Shown here: positions 20,466 through 29,410 of the stretch, piece by piece
How positions within the stretch are numbered: position 1 is the first letter of the stretch
Layout of the letters: each line of letters opens with the position of its first letter
Source of the DNA: Trueperaceae bacterium
GTDB lineage: Bacteria > Deinococcota > Deinococci > Deinococcales > Trueperaceae
Direction of reading: 5' to 3'
DNA: 64,000 nt
NCBI GenBank assembly: GCA_965213925.1
Contig: OZ243927.1
Location: 480,001 to 544,000 of the forward strand
Position numbers and translations under genes: made by a program
Notes under the pieces: model-generated
Databases searched by the model: none
The model's input: the letters and a program-made list of their open reading frames with translations, nothing else
What the model was told of the DNA's origin: nothing

Positions 20466-21581
20466 ATGTATTCACCGCGCTTAATCCACCTCAGGTCTTG
20501 TCTGGTCTTATTCGCCGTTGTAGGGCTGCTGAGCGCTTGCAGCCGGGGTGAGCTGACCGGCGGACAGCTCGAGCTTCGTAACCTCACTGCCGACGTCGGC
20601 GGCGAAACGCCCCCCGGCTTCTTCGACGACTGGTTGACGATGAGCCGCGTCGCGAGCGTGCCGGGCACGGAAGAAGGGGGCAACCACCCCGAATGGCGCA
20701 ACCTCGAGGTCCGAGATACCGCGGCGCTACGCATCGCGAATCCTGATGCCGAGGAGCCGCTCTACCTCACACGCTTGACACTCGACACGGCGGCGTTCAC
20801 CCTGCCGCAGCGCCCCGAGCTTCCCCTAGAAATTGCCCCCGGCGGCTCGTTCGACCTCACGGTGCAATTCGTCGCGGCGCAGGGCGAGCGGGGGGTGCGC
20901 CTGGGCGTCCTAGAGATAGGCTCGAGTGATAGCACCGCCCAGGTTCAACTCGCGGGCGTGTTTATGGAGCAACCCGAGGGCAACAGTGAAGTCAACCTCC
21001 AGCAGATCGTGGACGCTTTCGGCTACACCACCGACATTGGTTTAGAAGGCGAAAGGCTCTCAGAAGCCCCCGACACCGCGCTCGCAGGGGACGAGGTGCG
21101 CGCTAGCTTCTGGACCAGAGCGAACCCGGACGAACCCATCTACGTGCGCCAGCTCGCCGCCTATCACGGCTGCTGCAACGAGGAGAACTTCATCGAGCTA
21201 CTAAGTCGTAGCGGCGAGAGCTTGGGGGCGTTCTTTCATGCGGCGAGCTACGGGCAGTCGGTGTTGCCCCTTATCGCCGGCGAGACGGGACCCGCCGAGA
21301 TGGTCTTGCCACCAGCGATGCAACCAGCGATGCAACCCACCGACGCCTTCGAGATCATTGTAGGCGCAGTGGGCGATACCTACAGCACAAACACAGATGG
21401 CAACTTGGGCGTGCGACTTTGGCCGGTCGTGGGCAGAGACGGTGAGGTCATCGCGGGCGCTTACATCGTCGCGGAGGATTACGTTCAGGAGGGTTGCGGC
21501 GAGGGCTTCGCCAACTGCGACTACCAGGACAACGTCTTTTTGATGACCAACGTCGAGCCCGTCACCGAGCCAGCAGAATAA
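20466..21581 (+). CDS. Lipoprotein with Ig-like (choice-of-anchor D/ASH-like) domain and a C-terminal ..DYQDNVF module
   Basis: AGGAGA RBS, lipobox LSAC, LPLEIAPGGSFDLTVQF, NCDYQDNVFLMTNV. Confidence 0.7.
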   Translation: MYSPRLIHLRSCLVLFAVVGLLSACSRGELTGGQLELRNLTADVGGETPPGFFDDWLTMSRVASVPGTEEGGNHPEWRNLEVRDTAALRIANPDAEEPLYLTRLTLDTAAFTLPQRPELPLEIAPGGSFDLTVQFVAAQGERGVRLGVLEIGSSDSTAQVQLAGVFMEQPEGNSEVNLQQIVDAFGYTTDIGLEGERLSEAPDTALAGDEVRASFWTRANPDEPIYVRQLAAYHGCCNEENFIELLSRSGESLGAFFHAASYGQSVLPLIAGETGPAEMVLPPAMQPAMQPTDAFEIIVGAVGDTYSTNTDGNLGVRLWPVVGRDGEVIAGAYIVAEDYVQEGCGEGFANCDYQDNVFLMTNVEPVTEPAE

Positions 21582-21608
21582 TCAGCGTCGTCAAGCTCGG
21601 ACGCTCGT

Positions 21609-22329
21609 TCAGTGGGCCTCGAGTAGCCGCGTCAGCCCCGTCACCGCGTCCTCCCTGACGGACAGGTGCGCCAGAGGGCTCAGCGGCGTCTCCTCCGGGT
21701 TGACTTCGATAACGTACGCGCCGTTTCGCGCCGCCAGACGCCCCAAACTTGCGGCGGGCTCGACGACAGCTGAGGTGCCGATCAACGAGCGCGACTTCGG
21801 CGCGCTCAAAAGCACTTATCGCGCTTTGAAAGGGTTCGGCGGGCAGCGTCTCGCCGAACCACACCACGTTAGGGCGAGCCCTCGAGCCGCACGAAGAGCA
21901 GCGCGGTGGGATGGGGAAGTCGAGCGGGAGCGCGTCTAGGTTGCCGCAGCGTTCGCAGCAGCTTTTCGTCAAGTTACCGTGGAGTTCTCTAACGTTTTCA
22001 GACCCGGCGCGTTCGTGGAGACCGTCCACGTTCTGCGTCACGAGGGTGAAAGTAGGCGTCTGCGTTTCGAGCCGCACCAAGAGGTCGTGCGCGGGGTTCG
22101 GCTCCGCGCTCATGACCTTGTGAAAACGCATGGCGTACCATTCCCAGACGATTTGGGGGTCTCGCGCGTAAGCTTGCGGCGTCGCCAAATCCTGGGCGCG
22201 GAAATTGCGCCACAGTCCACCCTGACCGCGAAAGGTCGCGATGCCGGACGCGGCGCTGACGCCTGAGCCGGTCAAAACCGCGATTTTATCGGCGCTCTGT
22301 ATACGTTCGCGTGCGTCTTGAAGGTTCAT
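21609..22329 (-). pseudogene. cobB: NAD-dependent deacylase (sirtuin) with a +1 frameshift
   Basis: LTGSGVSA.SGI.TFR, TQNVDGLH, RPNVVWFGE in one frame; IGTSAVV.PAA, IEVNP in another; extra base near 21785. Confidence 0.8.
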
Positions 22330-22413
22330 ATCACCTCGACCGGGTGTAGTTTAGCGCTCTTTACGTTCCATGTCGCCTCGAGAGTGAAACGCCGTCCCCC
22401 TTCAGCCGGAGCC

Positions 22414-23874
22414 TTAGCTGCTAGGGAGGTTCTCTCCTACGTCTGTCACTTCCACAGATTCGACCTCAACGGGTGACGCGAAGGTCGAGATGATGCGGCG
22501 CTCGTCCGCCTCCTCGACGATGAACTGATAGTCGTTGAAGTCGTACGTCTCGCCGGGTTGCGGAATGTACCCGAAGCGGCTGATCAGAAAGCCCGCGAGC
22601 GTATCGTACTCGCCATCGTCGTCGAAGACCAAGTCGAGTTCGACGCCGACATCTTCTAGGTGCGCCGAGCCTTGGATGCGGTAGTGACCCTCCTCCAAGG
22701 GGAGAATCTCCTCGTCCTCTTCGACGTCGGTCTCGTCGTAGATTTCGCCCGTGACCTCTTCGATGATGTCTTCTAAGGTCACCAAGCCCGCCGTGCCGCC
22801 AAACTCGTCTACGACGATGGCCATGTGGTTTTTACGGCTGCGCATGTCTTTTAAGAGGTTCAAGATCGAGAGCGTCTCGGGAATGTACTGCGGCGCGTTC
22901 ATGATGTCGGCAGCTCTCGTCGTGGCGAGCTGTTCGGGGTGACCCAAGTAGGCTAAGAGGTCGCGTGCGTAAACTTGCCCGCGCACGTTGTCGATCGTCT
23001 CGGCGTAGACGGGCAGGCGGCTGTAGCCGTGCTCGGTGACGAGCGCCAGGATGTCCTCCAAGGTGCTCTCTTCGTTGACCGCGACCACGTCCACGCGGGG
23101 CGTCATCACCTCGCGCACGACGGTCTCCTCTAAGTCGATGATGCCGCGGATCATCTCCTGCTCTTGCGCCTCGATGACGCCCGACTCCTCGGCGCTGCGG
23201 AGCATCAAGCGGAGTTCGTTTTCGGTAATGAGGGGACCCTCGACGGGCTCGAGCCGCAAAAGCCTCAGCACCGTGTTCGCCAAAAAGGTAAAGAAAATCC
23301 CGACCGGATAAAAGAACACCGAGAGGTAGTAAACCGGGCGGATCACCCAGCGCGACATCGACACGGAATGATGCACCGCAAACGATTTGGGCGTAATCTC
23401 GCCAAAAATCAGCACTAACAACGTCATCAGTCCAGTTGCGTAAGCAATAGCTAGAGATTCAGCAGTGCCGAGTGAGGCGGCGAGCTTGAGGGCGATTTGC
23501 GTCACCAGCGCAGTCGCAGCGATGTTGACCAAGTTGTTGGCGATGAGAAGCGTGGTGATAAAGCGAGGTCTGTCGCGCTCTAAGAGCGCAAAAACGCCGC
23601 TGGGGTCCTCGCCGTCCTCGCGAATCTGGCGAATTTTCCACTGCCCCACCGCCGTGAGCGCCGTCTCCGAACCCGACATCAGCCCGGAAAGCGCTAACAG
23701 CACCACGAGCAGCCCGACCTGTTGACCCGACACGGCACCGAGAAAACCGAGACCTAAAACGCTCAGAAACGCAGTTCCTTGAGCGAGGGCGCTAGGCAGC
23801 AGGAGAAAGAGGGTGAGGAGGAACGTATAACGACGCGATCGCGTAGGCGGATCGTCTAAAGGAAGATCACTCAT
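22414..23874 (-). CDS. Hemolysin-family / CNNM-CBS-CorC transporter
   Basis: SGSETAL, FGEITPK, VMTPR, YSRLPVY, VDEFGGTAGLVTLEDIIEE. Confidence 0.9.
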   Translation of the reverse strand: MSDLPLDDPPTRSRRYTFLLTLFLLLPSALAQGTAFLSVLGLGFLGAVSGQQVGLLVVLLALSGLMSGSETALTAVGQWKIRQIREDGEDPSGVFALLERDRPRFITTLLIANNLVNIAATALVTQIALKLAASLGTAESLAIAYATGLMTLLVLIFGEITPKSFAVHHSVSMSRWVIRPVYYLSVFFYPVGIFFTFLANTVLRLLRLEPVEGPLITENELRLMLRSAEESGVIEAQEQEMIRGIIDLEETVVREVMTPRVDVVAVNEESTLEDILALVTEHGYSRLPVYAETIDNVRGQVYARDLLAYLGHPEQLATTRAADIMNAPQYIPETLSILNLLKDMRSRKNHMAIVVDEFGGTAGLVTLEDIIEEVTGEIYDETDVEEDEEILPLEEGHYRIQGSAHLEDVGVELDLVFDDDGEYDTLAGFLISRFGYIPQPGETYDFNDYQFIVEEADERRIISTFASPVEVESVEVTDVGENLPSS

Positions 23875-24168
23875 TCTTAGTTGCGAGTTTAGCACAGCTT
23901 GGGGGTGGGTTGGGTATCTAATTACGTTTCTCGAGCCGCCCGAACGCTTTTGTCCGTGTCGTACAGCTGCTATGCTCATAACAAGCAGTAACTCGAGCAT
24001 GAAGCGCACCATAGGGGACAGTTAGCGCAGTATTTGCGGCAGAACGACCTCACACCGCCCAAATTTTGAGCTTGGTTTAGAGGCGTTGTGGCGGCTTAGA
24101 AAGCGAAATAAACCACAAGGGGTTCCGTACAATGTGTTTTCGTGGCAGTTTAGTGTAAACTAGTCGCT

Positions 24169-25002
24169 GTGAACCCCGCATTACCCCGCTTAATGACCTC
24201 GACCCGACACGTCCGCAAAGCTTGGCATACGCTCACCAAACCGCTCTACTGGTTTTACGAGCGCTCTCTCCTAAGAGCGATTAGCGGCGCGGCGCTGCCC
24301 CGACACATCGGCATCATCATGGACGGCAACCGCCGCTTCGCCCGGACGGTCGGCCTAGACGTCAAAACAGGCCACAACTACGGCGCGGGCAAGGCGCGCG
24401 AGGTGCTCGACTGGTGCTTGGATTTGGGCATCAAGCACGTCACCATCTGGGGCTTCAGCACCGAGAACCACTCCCGCAAGCCCGAAGAGGTCGCGCATCT
24501 GCACAGCCTCTTCGCGCAGCAAGCCAAGGACCTGATCGGCGACACGCGCCTCCACGACAACCGCGTGCGCGTGCGCGTTATAGGCGATATCGACAACTTC
24601 CCCGACGATACGAAAGAGGCTTTGCGGCGCATGGAAGAAGCCACCGAAGCCTACAGCGGGATGCATCTGAACGTGGCGCTCGGCTACGGCGGACGCGAGG
24701 AGATTGTCTCGGCGGTGCGCAAACTGTTGCTCGAGCGCTCCGAAGAGGTCTCCACACCGGACGAACTCGCCCACCACATCAGCGCCGAAGGCATCAGCCG
24801 CCACCTCTACACCGCAGGCGTCCCCGACCCCGACTTCGTCATTCGCACCTCGGGTGAGGTGCGGCTTTCGGGCTTTTTGCTCTGGCAGACCGCCTACAGC
24901 GAATTCTACTTCTGCGACGCCTTCTGGCCCAGCTTCCGCAAGGTGGACTTCTTGCGGGCGGTGCGCTCCTTTCAAGCGCGCGAGCGGCGCTTCGGCAAAT
25001 AA
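24169..25002 (+). CDS. uppS: cis-isoprenyl diphosphate synthase (UppS family)
   Basis: HIGIIMDGNRR, FSTEN, YGGREEI, IRTSGEVRLSGFLLWQ, RERRFGK. Confidence 0.85.
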   Translation: MNPALPRLMTSTRHVRKAWHTLTKPLYWFYERSLLRAISGAALPRHIGIIMDGNRRFARTVGLDVKTGHNYGAGKAREVLDWCLDLGIKHVTIWGFSTENHSRKPEEVAHLHSLFAQQAKDLIGDTRLHDNRVRVRVIGDIDNFPDDTKEALRRMEEATEAYSGMHLNVALGYGGREEIVSAVRKLLLERSEEVSTPDELAHHISAEGISRHLYTAGVPDPDFVIRTSGEVRLSGFLLWQTAYSEFYFCDAFWPSFRKVDFLRAVRSFQARERRFGK

Positions 25003-25032
25003 CCAGCAAACTAAAAAATTATCGGGTAAGGT

Positions 25033-25542
25033 ATGGGGATGAAATACGCCAAAATCGTCTCTTTTGAAGAACTCAACGAAATCCGCGACTCGCTCGGTAA
25101 GATTGTGTGTACCTCGGGCGGTTACGACCCGATTCACCCCGGACACGCGACCTGCCTCATCGAGTCGAAGAGGTACGGCGACACGCTTGTCGCGATCGTC
25201 AACGGCGATTCGTTTTTACGGGCGAAGAAGGGCAAGCCTTTTATGGATTTGGATACGCGCTGCGGCATCGTCGCCTGCATCCGCGAGGTGGATTACGTTG
25301 TGCCGTTCGAGATCGAAGGCGACTCGACGGTCTGCGAAGCCCTGCGCCAACTTCGTCCGCACGTCTTTACTAAGGGCGGCGACCGCACCGACTACACGAA
25401 CATCCCCGAGTGGGACGTGTGCCAAGACCTAGACATCGAGTTGGTGCCGCAAGTCGGGCGGGATAAGATTTGGAGCAGTTCGGACTTTTTGGCGGAGTGG
25501 GGCGCGTTTGCGGTGGAGCGCTCGAAGGTTGAGGGGGAGTAG
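25033..25542 (+). CDS. Cytidylyl/adenylyltransferase (HIGH family)
   Basis: SGGYDPIHPGH, VNGD.FL..KKG, FTKGGDR, SSS. Confidence 0.85.
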   Translation: MGMKYAKIVSFEELNEIRDSLGKIVCTSGGYDPIHPGHATCLIESKRYGDTLVAIVNGDSFLRAKKGKPFMDLDTRCGIVACIREVDYVVPFEIEGDSTVCEALRQLRPHVFTKGGDRTDYTNIPEWDVCQDLDIELVPQVGRDKIWSSSDFLAEWGAFAVERSKVEGE

Positions 25543-25565
25543 GGGCTCGAGAAAAACTAGGTTGC

Positions 25566-25928
25566 ATGGCTTTATCAAACAAATCATCACGAAAAATTGT
25601 CGTAAATGATTCAGCCTATCATTGGGCACTATCTCAAGACTCCGGCTACTATGTTTTAGTAGTTCAGAATGAATCGGGACAAGGTAAAAAGCTCGAAATT
25701 GTTATATCTTGGAATGAGCAAAAAATAAGAGAAAGCGATTTGACAATCGGATCGAATAGTAAAGATCAAGCTATCATCACACCTGCGATAGTTGCTGAGC
25801 TTATCTCTTTGGCGCGTCGTTATGGATGGAATCCTTACGAGAAAGGTGCACCCGCAGAAATGTCTCTCAACAATGGTAATCTCGAAATTCGTAGAGGTTT
25901 AGAGGTCGCTAGCCAGCAACCTAATTAG
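25566..25928 (+). CDS. AT-rich hypothetical protein, probably of integron-cassette origin
   Basis: Markedly lower GC than its neighbours; ends inside an attC-like site. Confidence 0.7.
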   Translation: MALSNKSSRKIVVNDSAYHWALSQDSGYYVLVVQNESGQGKKLEIVISWNEQKIRESDLTIGSNSKDQAIITPAIVAELISLARRYGWNPYEKGAPAEMSLNNGNLEIRRGLEVASQQPN

Positions 25929-26033
25929 GCGATGCAAGGGACGGCGACTCGTTCTACTGCAAATCCAGGATGGAGTTAAAGTGGTTTTCGAATATTTCGT
26001 TGAGGCGTTGCCGTCCCTGAGTTTGGGTTATTC
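25919..26033 (+). other. Degenerate attC-like site
   Basis: ACCTAAT (RYYYAAC-like), T[G]CA[A]GGGACGGCGAC pairing with GTTGCCGTCCCTGA, terminal GTTATTC. Confidence 0.6.
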
Positions 26034-26072
26034 AGCGCAAACAACTTTAGCTTCGCCAGGAGAAGGAATCTC

Positions 26073-26735
26073 TTGAAGAAAACCTACCGCATCAGTCTCT
26101 GGTCCGTCGTCGGCTTAGCGCTCCTCATAGGCGGGCTCTCCTTCTTCGCCTTTTACGCCTGGAGCCGCGTCGGGCAAATCAACCAGGCGAGTACAGAAAT
26201 CGAGCGCAACTGGCTCCCTAGCACGCAGCTCCTCGGGCAGATGGAGGTGGAGACGCTGGCGTACCGGGTCGCCGCCATGCAACACGTGCTCTCCTTGCAA
26301 GATGAGGATATGCGCAGCTACGAGGTCGAGATGGACGCGGCACTCGCTTCGCTCAGTCAGGCGAGGGAGCGCTACGAACCGCTCATCGTTTCTGAGGAAG
26401 AGAGAGGTCTGTACGAGTCTTTTGAGAACGCCTGGGCGCTCCACTTAGAGGCGAGCCAAGAAGCGCTGGCACTCTCGAGAGAGAATCAAAACCAGGAGGC
26501 TGTCGCGTTGCTCCGGCAGAGACCGCAGCGACTCTTTGACGAGGCCAATGGACTTTTATCAGACCTTGTCGTGCTAAACGTCGACACGGCTACGTCCATA
26601 TCGCAAGAGGGAGATGAGATTCTTGGGCAATTCCAGCTCGCCCTCATTATGTTACTGATTTTAGGCGGAGCGCTTCTTCTACTTATCCTCACCGATTTGT
26701 TCGGCAAGAAGTCAAACGTGGGTCATCTGCCCTGA
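26073..26735 (+). CDS. Stand-alone four-helix-bundle (4HB_MCP-type) sensor domain between two TM helices
   Basis: TM1, NWLPSTQLLG..YRVA..HVLS, EER.LYE.F..AW, TM2, stop ~10 aa later. Confidence 0.75.
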   Translation: MKKTYRISLWSVVGLALLIGGLSFFAFYAWSRVGQINQASTEIERNWLPSTQLLGQMEVETLAYRVAAMQHVLSLQDEDMRSYEVEMDAALASLSQARERYEPLIVSEEERGLYESFENAWALHLEASQEALALSRENQNQEAVALLRQRPQRLFDEANGLLSDLVVLNVDTATSISQEGDEILGQFQLALIMLLILGGALLLLILTDLFGKKSNVGHLP

Positions 26736-26745
26736 GTCGAACACC

Positions 26746-27939
26746 TCAAAAAGCGTTGTGCCCCGTGATCTCGCGCCCCAGCGCTAGGGTGTGAACGCTA
26801 TCGGTCCCCTCATAAGTCGAGACCGTCTCCAAGTTCAACATGTGCCGGATGCTGCCGTACTCTATCGTGATGCCGTTGCCGCCCAAAATATCCCTGGCGC
26901 TCCGCGCCGTTTGCAAGGCTGCGCGCACGTTGTCGCGTTTGGCTAGGGAGACCCGAGCGGGCGTGTCCTCGCCGCGCTCCTTGAGACGACCTAAGTGATA
27001 CGCCAAGAGGCTTCCTTTGGTGAGGTCCGCGAGCATGTCAGCGAGTTCGGCTTGGACGAGCTGTTTGCTCGAGAGAGGTACGCCGAACATCTCCCGCTCC
27101 CCTGCGTACGCCGCCGCCTCTTCGAAGCAGAAAAAGCCCGCGCCTAATGCGCCGTACGAGATGCCGAAACGCGCTTGATTGAGGCAGGACAAAGGACCAC
27201 GTAAGCCTTCAACTTCAAGTTTGTTTCCAACAGGCACGACGACCTCTTTTAAGTGAAGCTCCGCACTGATCGATGCCCGCATGGAGGCTTTCTGGCCGAT
27301 TTCGGTCGCGCGGAAGCCGGGCGTGCCGGTGTCTACGACGAAGCCCGCGACCTTACCCGTCTCCTCATCTTGCGCCCAGACGACCGCCACGTCCGCGATG
27401 AGCCCGCTCGTCGCCCATCGTTTGTGACCGTTCAAGACGTACTCGTTGCCGACGCGCTTCGCCGTCGTTTTCATGTTCGCGGGGTCGCTGCCTCCGTGGG
27501 GCTCGGTCAAGCTAAAGCAGCCCACCGCCTCGCCACTGGAGAGTCTCGGCAACCATTCTCGCCGCAACGCTTCGGAGGCGTAGCGGTAGAGGGGATAAAT
27601 CACCAAGCTCGACTGTACACTGACAAACGAGCGCATCCCCGAGTCGCCGTATTCGATCTCTCGGTTCACGAGTCCGTACGCCGTCGCGGACGCCTCTGCG
27701 CCGCCGTACTTCTTCGGCAGCGTCACGCCTAAAAGCCCACGCTCGCCGAACTGACGGGGCAGCGTTTTAGGGAAGTGCCCCTCTTGCCACCACGCGCCGA
27801 TATGCGGCAGAATCTCCTCACCGACAAACGCTCGCGCTTCGTCGCGAAGGCGCTTCTCCTCGCTCGTATAAAGAGGCTCCAAATCGTAAAAATCTTGTAG
27901 GTGGGGCGTTTCTCGGACAGGTTTCGGGGCGGTGGTCAT
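26746..27939 (-). CDS. Acyl-CoA dehydrogenase (glutaryl-CoA dehydrogenase-like)
   Basis: SVQSSL, FSLTEPHGGSDP, LGGNGI, TYEGT. Confidence 0.9.
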   Translation of the reverse strand: MTTAPKPVRETPHLQDFYDLEPLYTSEEKRLRDEARAFVGEEILPHIGAWWQEGHFPKTLPRQFGERGLLGVTLPKKYGGAEASATAYGLVNREIEYGDSGMRSFVSVQSSLVIYPLYRYASEALRREWLPRLSSGEAVGCFSLTEPHGGSDPANMKTTAKRVGNEYVLNGHKRWATSGLIADVAVVWAQDEETGKVAGFVVDTGTPGFRATEIGQKASMRASISAELHLKEVVVPVGNKLEVEGLRGPLSCLNQARFGISYGALGAGFFCFEEAAAYAGEREMFGVPLSSKQLVQAELADMLADLTKGSLLAYHLGRLKERGEDTPARVSLAKRDNVRAALQTARSARDILGGNGITIEYGSIRHMLNLETVSTYEGTDSVHTLALGREITGHNAF

Positions 27940-28077
27940 GGGTTTACCTCATATTCATTATGACAGTAGCGTTTAGATGCATGACGGTTGGTTCAACGTG
28001 ACAATTTTGTAGTTTAGCTTAGCAGACGCGCCTCCACCGGACGCTCTTTGTACCCGCTACGAAACTAGAGCCAAGAA

Positions 28078-28117
28078 AGTCCCGTCAGAGACAACATGTA
28101 TTGTCTCTGACGGGACT
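28078..28117 (-). terminator. Strong hairpin terminator
   Basis: Perfect 17-bp stem AGTCCCGTCAGAGACAA / TTGTCTCTGACGGGACT just past the stop of 28139-29260. Confidence 0.75.
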
Positions 28118-28138
28118 GAAAATTCTCCGCTTTAGCGT

Positions 28139-29260
28139 TTAGTTCTTCTTGTTGTCCTTGTTCTGATTACCCTTACTTTGACTGCCTTTATCTTGGTCTT
28201 TCTTGTTATTATTCGAGCTACCCGAGCTCGAGCTACCCGAGCTTGAACCCTTCGCCTGGCTGCCCTTGCCGCTGCTCGAGCCTCCGCTCCCCGACGCGCT
28301 GCTCCCCTGCCCCTTGGAGCCCGCCGCGCCACCTTCGTCCTTGTTCTGAGCCCAGTTTCTCTCGTTACCTGCATCTTCATCTTTGGGCGCTTGGCTTACT
28401 GCGCTGTCATCTGAAGCGCCTCCAGACGCGCTCTTATCTGAAGAGCCGCCCGAGTCGTCTTTATCGGTCTTCACGCCTCCGCCCCCTTGACCCTTTGACG
28501 CGCCACTCGTCTTAAAGGTCACGCTTTCGTCGGACTGAGCGTCGCTCGACGCGCTGCTAGGCGACGAGCCGGACGTACTGCTCGAACTACCTGACGACGC
28601 ACCGCCCCCCGTAGCGCTAGACGAACCACTGCTCGAGCCGGCACCACTTGTACCGCCGCTTTTGCTGGCCGAAGCGCCACTCGTCGTGCTACTAGAGTCA
28701 CCGCTCGATTTCTCCGCGCTCGAGCTGCTCGATGTATCCGACGCGCCGCTACTGCTCGACTGACTTGAAGTCGTGCTCGAGCTGCTGCTCTTAGACTCCT
28801 CGACCGGCTCCGCTTGGACGACTTCGACCGGCTTGTCCGAGGGTTGGCTCGTGGACTTGGATTCTTCGACCGGCTCCGCTTCGACAGGTTGTGCGGGCGA
28901 AGTGGGCGCTGCCGCCGCGCTGCTACTCGCGCCACTCCCTGTAGACGAACCTGTAGCCGAAAAGGTGCTCACCGAAGGCGAAGACGTGCCTGAAGAGGGG
29001 CTACCAGCTCCGACCGTGACCGCGCTGCTTTGACTCTGCTGCCGCTGGATCAGCTTGACGAGCGCATAGACCGCGCCGACGATGACCACGACGGGAATGA
29101 TGTACTTGAGCAAGAACCAGAGCAGCGCCGCGATCAGCTTAAAGAGCACGCCCACCCAGACGATGATTTGCCCGAAGACCCACAAGAGACCCGTGGCGAC
29201 GACAACGGCGATAAGACCAAAGACGACCAACTCGACAATTTCCTGTAGAGAACGTTTCAT
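28139..29260 (-). CDS. Membrane-anchored protein with a long Ser/Gly-rich disordered tail
   Basis: MKRSLQE start, N-terminal hydrophobic hairpin, ~300 aa of low complexity with a repeated AEPVEESKS. Confidence 0.75.
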   Translation of the reverse strand: MKRSLQEIVELVVFGLIAVVVATGLLWVFGQIIVWVGVLFKLIAALLWFLLKYIIPVVVIVGAVYALVKLIQRQQSQSSAVTVGAGSPSSGTSSPSVSTFSATGSSTGSGASSSAAAAPTSPAQPVEAEPVEESKSTSQPSDKPVEVVQAEPVEESKSSSSSTTSSQSSSSGASDTSSSSSAEKSSGDSSSTTSGASASKSGGTSGAGSSSGSSSATGGGASSGSSSSTSGSSPSSASSDAQSDESVTFKTSGASKGQGGGGVKTDKDDSGGSSDKSASGGASDDSAVSQAPKDEDAGNERNWAQNKDEGGAAGSKGQGSSASGSGGSSSGKGSQAKGSSSGSSSSGSSNNNKKDQDKGSQSKGNQNKDNKKN

Positions 29261-29410
29261 ATTGCTGCGCAGTATAACAGGAAATTTCACACGTGTTGAG
29301 GGGGCGCAAGGGGTGAACTGTAACCTAGGCAAATTTCATGGGTGAAGTGAGCGTTTTCTAAGTCGTCAAAGGGCGAGCCTCAGCGCGTTAGACTTAGCCG
29401 TGATGACATT

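Noticed and set aside
21312..21337. 12-bp tandem duplication (PAMQ x2); likewise TGGDM at ~6127 and NADNT at ~52243
   Set aside because: Ordinary in-frame slippage in linker regions
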